From Octopus sinensis (taxonomy: Eukaryota): DNA of 64,000 nt. The position numbers were made by a program, and so were the translations under genes. Shown one piece after another: positions 53,101 through 64,000 of this stretch. A model generated the notes under the pieces. The model was not told the DNA's origin and did no database searches. It worked only from the letters and a program-made list of their open reading frames with translations. The stretch is from positions 35,898,001 through 35,962,000 of the forward strand of contig NC_042997.1 of the NCBI RefSeq assembly GCF_006345805.1, written 5' to 3'. The stretch's first letter is position 1, and the number at the start of each line of letters is the position of its first letter.

Positions 53101-55330
53101 TGATTAATAAAGACGATATGCAACAACTATGAACTGCAGTGTCATTCGTACATGAATATATATGCATGTATATATACACATGCGCGCATAAACATATACA
53201 TATATAAATATGTAATTATGTGTATATATACCGATACATGTGTGTGTATGTGTGTGTGTGCGTATGTATATGTGTCTGTGTGCGTGTGTCTATTCACAAG
53301 GGTGTAAGCAATTGTTTATGCATTCAGAGGAAACAGAGCACAATAAATTCTGCAGATTTATTATTTTACAACCGACAAAACGTTACGTCAATGATGTAAA
53401 GACCGACCGAGTTTTTGTGTTACTCGGTATCGGCCTTTATCGAACTGCAATGCGCTGTGATTGAAACGTTCAGCTTTTGACTCACTCGTATATCTCTGAG
53501 CTAATATAATGAACACACACAGAAACACAAACACATACTGGCACACACACATTTAGTATGTATATATGTGTGTGTGTATGTAATGGATATATATTTACAT
53601 ATATATATATATGCGTTTGTTTGTATGTATGTATGTATGCCTTCTGATTGTTTAAAGATATATATATAGATGTAAATTGAAAAACATTGGGATAGATTGT
53701 GTATGCTCCTATGTTTGGGTGTGTGATTGTTGGCGAGCGATCGAGAAGGAAAGAGAGTGAGAGGGGAGACAGAAAAGAGAGAGATAGAGTGTGTGTGTGT
53801 GAGAGAGAGAGAAAAGTTATAGACAGAGCGTGAGATAGAAAGATTAAGATGTGACATATGTATCAAGTCTGACTTATAATTGGAAGACAAGGTTTTTAAC
53901 ACTTACACGAAGGATAGTATATAACAACGACAACTTTCGATAGGGCCTTCAAGATTAACGGGCAGTAAGAGTGGCATTATATTCAGATATGTTTTATGGA
54001 TCAAGATTCCCGCTAATTTTAACGTAAACACGGTTACTGCGGTCAAAGTGACCAATTATTAATTCTACCTAATAGTGTATTAAACAATGAATATATTACC
54101 ATTTCTAATGAAGGTATCAGTAATTCCGAATAGTTTAGGTAAATATTGGATTCAGTTTACATATATTCTTGCCTGCATTCTTTCTTAACATAATAATGGC
54201 AATGTACAAATGATAAGTATGAAGACAATAGCTTTGATATTATTAATAGAGAAAAATGAAAGAAGTAGGTGACAATGGGAGCCTGAATAGATACATTTTT
54301 GTTATAACACATTGAATGCTCTATATTTCGTTTACGAATTTCCGTTAGATTTAAAAATTGCTTTTTGTCCATTATACGTCGGGAAAATTGATATAATTTC
54401 TGTTCATAAATCGAGGGAATAATCTATATTTATATTATTTGCAATAAAATAATGCTTTCTTTTATATCTTCAAACAAAGTAGAATTCTTTGAAGAGTATA
54501 TATGAGTTCTATATTATCTACTTGTACTGATATTACCAGCCGTGTAGCAATGATGAACAAACTGAAGACTACATAGAATTGATTTGTGGAAGGAAAAGGA
54601 CAAAATAAATTGCATTGAAGAATTAGTAAGTGATAACTGTGTCTCTTCGGAATTATAGCAGTTCTACAAATTTACGGATAACATTTTCTACAGTGAATAG
54701 AAAAGCATCCAAATTACTAATATTTATAGGAGCACCGGTGTTATCCCAATCATCATGTGTGGACAAAGATAGGAATTCGGTATTATGAAAGAGTAATTTA
54801 GCATGATGCATTCGGTTTTCTGGCATTTGCAGTATTCAAACTGGTTGTTACAAAGAGAAAGAAAACACGGGAAGAAGGAAACAGGGATAAAGAAAGAGAG
54901 AGAGAGTGAGAGAGAGTAATAGAATAGAGATAATGGGTTGCGGTAAGGGGTAAGAAATAGAAAGAGAGAGGAATGTATGTAAACAGAGGGAATGAAGGAG
55001 TGTAATATATCGTGGCAGAACATGGCAAAATAGAACAGGAAATTACGTGGAACGTGGCAGAATAGAGTGCAAAGATGTGGAAGAAAAGAAATAAGGCGTA
55101 TCAAAGATTAATGGGTCAAGGAAAAGAAACTTGGCAAGGAGAGTAAAGAGATACCAGCCTACGAAAGAAATATGTAGCCTGAATGAAGTTATCTACAAGT
55201 ATATAGATAAATAAATAAATTAATAAATGCAAATATATATACACATACATATATACATACATACAACAATGCATATATATATATGTTGACATATACAAAC
55301 ATACATACACATACATACATGCATACATAC

Positions 55331-55383
<53 letters not shown>

Positions 55384-55406
55384 TATATAATTTTTTATAT
55401 AGAAGG

Positions 55407-55457
55407 AGCTTCTACAGGACTAGAACTGTTTCATTCAAGAGAAATCTTCAGGAAGCT
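55407..55457 (-). ncRNA. Type I hammerhead ribozyme (inverted copy)
   Basis: Exact reverse complement of 57912-57962. Confidence 0.75.
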
Positions 55458-56023
55458 AGTTAACAAGAATTGTATTGGCATTTATACATTTAGGCAGGAT
55501 TAAAGGGGTGTTGGTGGGGGACTTTTTGGGGGTAGGCATAGCGCAAAATATCATACTTGGGGGAGTGGTCAAGGAGTCAGTGTTAAATTAGATAGAAGAA
55601 TAAATAAAAAAATAAAAAAATAAAAAAATAAAAAAATAAAAAAAATCTATATATAAAAAAAGGGGAATAGAGTTTTAGGTAAATAAGGAGATTCTCACTT
55701 ATACCTATGCACACATGTATACATACACACACATATATATACATATATATACACTTACACATACACATACATATACATATCTACACATACACATATATGT
55801 ATACATACACACACTCACATGCATATACGTATACACACATGTATATATACACACACGACCACACATACATATACGCACAGAAAAATATATATACACATAC
55901 ACACACATACTCACATACACGCATACACACATATCCACACACACACATGCACACACAGCACACTAGTTCCTATATACACATATATACACATACACACACA
56001 TATACACACACATACATACATAT

Positions 56024-56065
<42 letters not shown>

Positions 56066-56470
56066 GTGTACCTATGCATACCTACACATACACACATATA
56101 TATACACATACAAATAGAGACCCATTCCCTAATTTTAATTTTATTATCTTCGTTTATTACTTTTGTTATCTTTGGCCGCTTGGTCACAAACATCTTGGCT
56201 ATGACAGCCAGTCCATTTATCTGTCTACTGGAAAACAAGCACTCATTCACTCACGCACACTCTTTAGCACGTACACTCACTCATTCGTACACTCAGACAC
56301 ATACACGCACGCACGCGTTATATTCATACATACATACATCTACATACATTCACGTATATACACATACGTACGCGTACCTACAGATTCATGTCTACACTCT
56401 TAGAAGGCTAGTCTATATATACACACCAATAATATAAATACACACCATACATATACACCTACATACAAAT

Positions 56471-56515
<45 letters not shown>

Positions 56516-56522
56516 CATATAT

Positions 56523-56557
<35 letters not shown>

Positions 56558-56896
56558 CACACATACGCATACACACACATATACATATATATACACTACA
56601 CGCACATACACATGTACATGCGTACCCATACCACACACACACACGCGCGCATCCATATACACATAAGTACACACATGCGTAAAAGTATACATATTTCTAT
56701 GCTTACACATACACACACACACACACACACACGCCTCCTTATATTCATACTTACATGCATACTCAAAAAATAAGTAAATAGTAAAATATATATACGCGCA
56801 GTTATTCGTACATGCATACTCAAAAATAAATAATAAATATTAAGTATATGTACGTGCAGTTACCTATTATATAGACGGATACATACATATAAACTT

Positions 56897-56947
<51 letters not shown>

Positions 56948-57241
56948 CATATATACACATACACATACACATACACATATACATACATATATATACAACA
57001 CACACCACATACACATACTATATACATATATATACATACTTACACACATGTACATATAAATACACACATAGATAACTCTACGTACCTACATATACATAAA
57101 CACACGAGCGTACGCGTATATGTACATATACAAATACACATACACACGCATATATATATACATACATACATACACATACACACATGTATACACACACACA
57201 TATACACATATATATACATACATACATACGCATAGGTACAC

Positions 57242-57281
<40 letters not shown>

Positions 57282-57911
57282 ATATGTATGTATGTGTGTG
57301 TATATGTGTGTGTATGTGTATATATGTGTATATAGCAACTAGTGTGCTGTGTGTGCATGTATGTGTGTGGATATGTGTGTGTATGCGTGTATGTGAGTAT
57401 GTGTGTGTATGTGTATATATATTTTTCTGTGCGTATATGTATGTGTGGTCGTGTGTGTATATATACATGTGTGTATACGTGTATGCATGTGAGTGTGTGT
57501 ATGTATACATATATGTGTATGTGTAGATATGTATATGTATGTATGTGTAAGTGTATTATATGTATATATATGTGTGTGTATGTATGTGTGTATGTATATG
57601 TATATATGTTTGTATGTGTGTGTATGTATGTATACATGTGCATAGGTATAAGTGAGAATCTCCTTATTTACCTAAAACTCTATTCCCCTTTTTTTTTATA
57701 TATAGATTTTTTAATTTTTTTAAATTTTTTAATTTTTTAATTTTTTAATTTTTTAATTTTTTTATTTATTCTTCTATCTAATTTAACACTGACTCCTTGA
57801 CCACTCCCCCAAGTATGATATTTTGCGCTATGCCTACCCCCAAAAAGTCCCCCACCAACACCCCTTTAAACCTGCCTAAATGTATAAATGCCAATACAAT
57901 TCTTGTTAACT

Positions 57912-57962
57912 AGCTTCCTGAAGATTTCTCTTGAATGAAACAGTTCTAGTCCTGTAGAAGCT
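57912..57962 (+). ncRNA. Type I hammerhead ribozyme
   Basis: Stem I AGCTTC/GAAGCT, core CTGAAGA, stem II TTTC/GAAT, GAA, stem III ACAG/CTGT, GUA site at 57954-57956; AATAAA at 57973. Confidence 0.8.
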
Positions 57963-58053
57963 CCTTCTATATAATAAATTAATTTTACTCTGCTATGTAT
58001 TGAGTACCTTATTTACTGTGGTTAACCCCGAATCAACCCGGGACCTACATATA

Positions 58054-58103
<50 letters not shown>

Positions 58104-58118
58104 AAGGGTGGGCGGGAG

Positions 58119-58185
<67 letters not shown>

Positions 58186-59689
58186 CAGACAGAGTGACAG
58201 AGAGGAAATGCATATATAAATACAATATAAAGATAACATTCGCATAGCACTCGTATGCATTCAAATACCAATACACTTTCCTCCAAATATTTAAATTAAA
58301 CGCCTAACATTTCAGATGGAAACAAAAATAAAAGAAGTAAAAACCTCAATGGACCAAAATGCAATTAATGAATCTCTTGGGAAAAAAGCTAGAATGCGAA
58401 GAGAAGGAAAATATAATGGCATTCTCAATCACTATTATTATAATCAGAGAGACCCATAGGAAAATAAAGAACAATGATATATTACGGTGTCTTGAAAGCC
58501 GATGTATTAAGACTGGAATAACTTTGACGAAAAAGCTTGGCTTAGTCGCTTGAGGTACGAATTATTTGTTAACTTTGGTTGTGACATAACATATATCTAA
58601 ATAATGTATACCACTTAGAACTAAGGTTATTAGGAATTCTGCAGCATGTATTTCGTTCTATTCTTAATCATTTTATTTTCTTTGTTTTATTTGGATGGTT
58701 GGCAAAATAGAATACTGGCTTAAAGGAAATTAACGCAATCTTCAGCAGAAACCTCGTTGTACTTCGTGCGAAACAAATACTATATTGTTGTATATAGTTT
58801 TGTGTACAGTTCACACATTTAGTATAGATTTCGAAAAGAGCGATAGAGAGATGTGATAGGCAAACAGGGAAAAGTATCAAATGGACACATACATACATAC
58901 TCACATGCAAATATGCTAACGCATAGAGAGAGCCGTAATTTCGTAGCAGTATAAAATAAAGTATGATAAGAAGAGTAAAATAATGTATATATTTATATGA
59001 ATTGACTGTTTATTTAACTGATCATCCCATGCACCAACCATTCCTATCTGCTCATGGGTGTCATAATGTCTCCGTGAAAAACCAGTTAGCGTATATAATT
59101 TCTCGTATACTTTCAGGACTACAGACGGCATGGCATATGTTTTTATGTGATTCAATCGAATCTCGTAAACTTCTAAAATTTATTGTAGCGAATCCGGAAA
59201 GTTAAATGTCGTGGAACATAGTTGGATGAAACAAAATACTATAAGCTATCATCCGTCTATTAATCCGTTCACTTTATGCACCATACTTATTTAATGTTTT
59301 TTTTAAAGCGTGTAACTTTAATGATCTTCCATGCAAATAGCATATTGACATATTTTACGACAGCAAACTAAATGTCCACACACTAAATAAAATTTTACGT
59401 TTTCATATTTTTGATGACTCAAAACTATTTAAAATTATATAAAAGTTGAAAGGAAGATGCCAAATTATTTGTCAATGAAATATTTTAAACTCATATTATT
59501 TATTGCATTTTAGGCCATTGCGGAACTTAAAATAAGGAATTATAAATTTGTCAATTGAATCAATTACGCAGCATCACAAAATTAGTCGCTTTGTGCCCAG
59601 TTTGAAACTAATAGAATTATTAGCAGTAAGGTCTTGAGCTGGAAGACTCGCAACCCAGCATGAAAAAATATTTAACTACATTACTTCCG

Positions 59690-60250
59690 ACATTGCGGCA
59701 TTTCATTCGAGTTAAAATATCACCGAGGTTGACTTCGCTTTTCATCCTTCAGGGGTATATAAAGTAAGTACTAGTTGGACATGTAATCGACATATTTCTC
59801 CTATTAAATTGCTAGCCTTATACCAAACTTCCAAACTGATATTAGTAACAGTTCTATTCAGACGGCAAGCTGGGAGACTCGTTAGCACGCCTGAGAAAGT
59901 AATTGGTAGCAATCGAGCAGTATTTTCGTTCCGAGGTCAAATTCCACCAAGGTCAAATTTGCCTTTCATCATTTCGATGTCGATGAAATTAATATCAGTC
60001 AAACACTGGCGTCGATTTAATCGACTGGTCCATTGTTCCAAAAATTCAAGCCCTGTGGCTTATTGCAGAGCAAATTATTGTCAGAAATAATTATTATATT
60101 TTTTTCTTTATCACGTGTTGAAATCCAACTGGGGTCAACCGTGTCATTCATTTTATTGAAGTCAATGTAATAGCATACTTATCAAACATAGATGTCGATT
60201 CAGGTGACTAAGTTCACTCCGCAAACGATTTTGTTTATGTCTATTGTAAA
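59690..60250 (+). mobile_element. Three tandem degenerate SINE family A copies
   Basis: caccgaggttgacttcgcttttcatcc (~59720), caccaaggtcaaatttgcctttcatc (~59945), caactggggtcaaccgtgtcattc (~60125). Confidence 0.7.
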
Positions 60251-61332
60251 AATCAATGGCAATAAGAATTTCTAAAAGCATGACTGCCTATGGTGACCAC
60301 TATGCATATTAAACTGACATAAAGGGAGGTAACTATATTTTCAGTATATTTTACTGACAAGTTTACCATTACGCTCTTATTCAAAAATATTTATTGATTG
60401 AATGCATTGTCATTGTAGTACTGGTAGGTGCCGTGTCTTTGACTTCTATGAAATCGATTAGAAAACGACTTGGTGCGGGAGCAACCAAGCCAAAATGTAG
60501 TTTCAATGGCCTTTGAAAACGTACGGTCATATTGAGCAATATTGCCTTACATATGCATCCGCAAAGAGGAATGTGGCGTTATCACATCTAGAATATCCAT
60601 GACTATAGGTCTACTTAGTGTTGACATAGTTTAACCAATTACAACTGTCGTAACAACGGTTGTATAATCAGCTACTTCACGTCTATTTTAAGAATTGTGT
60701 TAAATTTAAGCATTGTCCTTGTCAATGCCTAATTACAGCTAATGACGCCGGTTGGGTATATAAGCATTTCAAATAAGGAGCGATACTGATTTCAAGTTAT
60801 TGATCTGTGAACTGTTGCACCTTTAAACACTTGTATAGTTTACTATATATTTACTCTTTATGCACTAATCACTTAGAATGTAAGAAGTGAAGGCAGGTTT
60901 TGAATTGTATTAATGTTACAAAATAAAAACAAATCCCAGTATAGAAGCATGTTTAGTGGCGTTAAAGACATAGCCTTGTATATGTTGCATGATGTAACTA
61001 TATTATTATTGGATCATGTTAAAAGAAGTGTAAGTGCATATCACTTGTTTGTATTCCTGGCGTATTTCATTCGGTATCCCCAGAAGAATGAATTCTCACT
61101 CCATTCCGACATTTCCTGCGAAATGATTTCTTACACTGTTTTGATTAAATAATATGTTACTGAAGTTTTTCATCTTTTATCACTGATACGTAGCATAAGC
61201 GACCAAAATATTAGTTATTGTTTCAAATATTTTTTTATGATATTAATTAGATATTGAGTTCAGTATATGCTACAAATATTAGTATAAGTTTAAATCGATG
61301 TTTCGCAAATTATATATGTATGTATACGATAT

Positions 61333-61388
<56 letters not shown>

Positions 61389-61481
61389 TATATGTCTATA
61401 TATATATAATATAAATGATATATATATATATATATATATATATGCATATATACATAGTATTTGTACATACATCTATACGCA

Positions 61482-61544
<63 letters not shown>

Positions 61545-63959
61545 TCTTATATGATTGAATATATATGTTTGTGTGTGTGTGTATCTGTGTGTCGGTGTAT
61601 GTGCATGATTCAAAATCGTGCAAAAGGAAGAAAAACAAAACAAGTGGTTGGCTAAGTGATTGCACAAGATGAATTGACCGGAAGAAAGGATTTGGTTGCT
61701 GACACCAGTGGCAAGGGAGACAACTGTAATCTGTCTAAACTGTGTATGCGTTGACATATGTGTCTCTGTGCGGACACTTTGTGTGTGCTTAAATGTGAGT
61801 GGGCGAGTGTGAGTATGCGTGCGTGTGTTTATGAGTGTCGGTGTTCATGTGAGCGAGTGTTCGTGTCTCTGTAATGAATTGGAGTGTGATTATGGGGCTG
61901 TTGGATAAAGTGCATGTGTGTATGGAATTGATGTGTGTGTGTGTTTATATTCAGTGTCGCTGCGTATGTAGATGTGTTTAAGTACGCTTACATGTATGTG
62001 TGAAGGAATCTGACACATACGCCTCGTGGGAAGACATGCGATTTTGATATGGATAAAGGTGCAGGGGTAGGGGTAAAAGGAGGTAGGGGTTAAATGGTGT
62101 GGCTGATTGACTTTACACATTGTACGATACGTGGGGCTAAGATTTATGTGTGGGTGCTGGTATGTGTGGTGAGAAGGGGAGTGTCTGTGTGCGTGTGCAT
62201 GTTTGTGGGTGTATGTATATGCAGTAGGGGCATAATGAGGTATGTGGACTGCATACTGAATAGGTACGGTGTAGAGAAAGTAGAGAAAGGAGATAGTATA
62301 GAGGCAGGTGTACATGTCTGTGGTGGTGGGTTTAGATGATAAGAGCTGACGAATTGACATCAAAAGAGATTAAAGAATGAAAAAAAGAAAACATACACAT
62401 GCTCTCAATGGAGGCGCGATTACGGGTGGCTACTGAGTAGTCCAAACTGCTGTAGGATATGAGCGGTCCAGCGGCAGTGGTAGGAGAAAGGAATACCGTT
62501 GCCAAGTCTTACATCCCGGTGATGCTCGGCAAACCGGTCAGATAAATACGGATTTCTTTGGTCAAGGCAGACAGAATGACAAAGAGAGCGGATGCACGGT
62601 CAATTGATCGGGTAAAGACGGTTTGGATAACACTGGATGGATATTTGTTGGTTGAAGTGGGATGCTATGAATTGAAGCTCGAAGTCATGGTTCCAACACC
62701 ACAAAGTCAGCGGAGGCGGAAGAAATGAGAATAAGGGATGGAAAGTTTGATATACGTGGGGACAAGGAGATGTTGAGGTAGGTGTATAAGTGTGGGGGGT
62801 TATAGTGAATGGAAGTAGAAAGATAGGAATTGGGGAGTGTAATAGAAACATAGTGAAAGTAGATAGAGGTGCTGTAGACAGAACAGGAAAATTAGATAGA
62901 GAGAGATGGAAGACCTGAAGGAAAGACAGGAATGAGACGAGATGTATGCGGTGGAGTGAAGCACATTCTCTCTCGCATGTCCACTCCCTGAACCAGATGG
63001 TAAAATTCACACGCGAAAAAAAAAATCAATTTCGATAGAGAACAAGTTCAGCCAATAGGAGGAAGATCGATAATTATATCGTGTGTCTGAAAGTACAAGT
63101 TTACATACGTACCCCTGCATGTACGTATGTATGTATGTATGTATGTATGTATTTATGTATGTATGTATGTATGTATGTATGTGTGTATGTATGCATGTAT
63201 GTATGTCTCTCTGAGTGAGCATTATGATTGTTCGCCTGTGCAATCGTACGTGTCTACTATGTTAATAATCTAAATATTTTCGGGTTTAAACATTTTTTTC
63301 TTTAATTTCATTCTATATTTTCTTAATAGTTCTTATTGTTTATTTAACATAGAACCGTAAGTGCCTTTAGTCCATTAAAATTTTATAGACTTGCTCTACA
63401 TTTTCAGAAAGCAGTTGATGACTGGCAGATTTGTTACTACCTTTTAACCATTTTTTTCTTGAGTGGCTGTTGCAAGTGATTTAATGACGAAAACCAATTA
63501 CCGTTCGCTTAAGTACCTTAGAGTTAATCGTAAATCATATATAAATCTAACAGTATTGAATTACAAAGTTTTTGTATAATCCTTGTTCAGTAATATAATT
63601 GTTAGCATGCGAAAAGCTAATATATGATTCACTGAGAAAATGAAAATGAGAGGCTATAGAAATTTTAATGAACGTAGAAAAGATAATGTTCCAGGCTGAG
63701 TGTAGACGTATGCCCATAAAACTTTTGAAGTAATAGTAGATCCATCACTAACTACGTAATTTTATCCATCTTACCGCGTATTTGCGAAACAGGTGATATC
63801 TTAATCACTGTTTTCCTCTATGAGTTCCAACCTACTATTGAATAAGCATACCGTCACTAATTGATTCATCTAGTAAAACTACTGAAGAAAACAGAAATAT
63901 AGGAACTTATTGTCCGTTACTGATATGCTTCTACACTCTTCAGCGCTATAAGCATATAT

Positions 63960-63997
<38 letters not shown>

Positions 63998-64000
63998 ATA

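Larger units (their letters stand above)
55390..58047 (+). mobile_element. Non-autonomous PLE-derived element with ~700-bp inverted arms (55390-56080 and 57225-57980)
   Basis: Arms are near-perfect reverse complements including their degenerate CA/TA microsatellite parts; the right arm continues to ~58047; (TA)n on both flanks. Confidence 0.8.

Noticed and set aside
58316-58554. Plus-strand exon (ttcag|ATG...gag|gtacga)
   Set aside because: No frame is open across the whole interval and the donor is weak

Overview
AT-rich eukaryotic DNA saturated with microsatellites; the SINE-like repeats resemble ones I associate from memory with octopus/cephalopod genomes (inference, not verified). No host gene can be named; only isolated candidate exons and splice signals are visible. 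Main content: (1) a ~5.3 kb near-intact Penelope-like retroelement (Neptune-type: RT, Cys linker, C-terminal GIY-YIG) at 43949-49274 in a (TA)n tract. It has pseudo-LTRs and an extra upstream ORF1 (broken by two 1-bp deletions) that overlaps the RT frame at a T-TTT-TTA heptamer, a candidate programmed -1 frameshift. (2) Several non-coding elements carrying hammerhead-ribozyme-like folds, two of them with inverted ends and (TA)n flanks (15.1-15.7 kb, 55.4-58.0 kb), plus a tRNA-headed SINE (35.2-35.8 kb) and a GC-rich ~380 bp element (12.1-12.5 kb). (3) A decayed IR/DR-type Tc1 transposon (13205-14778). (4) RTE and Dong/R4-like LINE 3' fragments, many tRNA-derived SINEs, a 655-bp tandem duplication and a 147-bp minisatellite with an inversion. 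Most ORFs in the supplied track are microsatellite artefacts. All RNA folds and alignments were done by eye.
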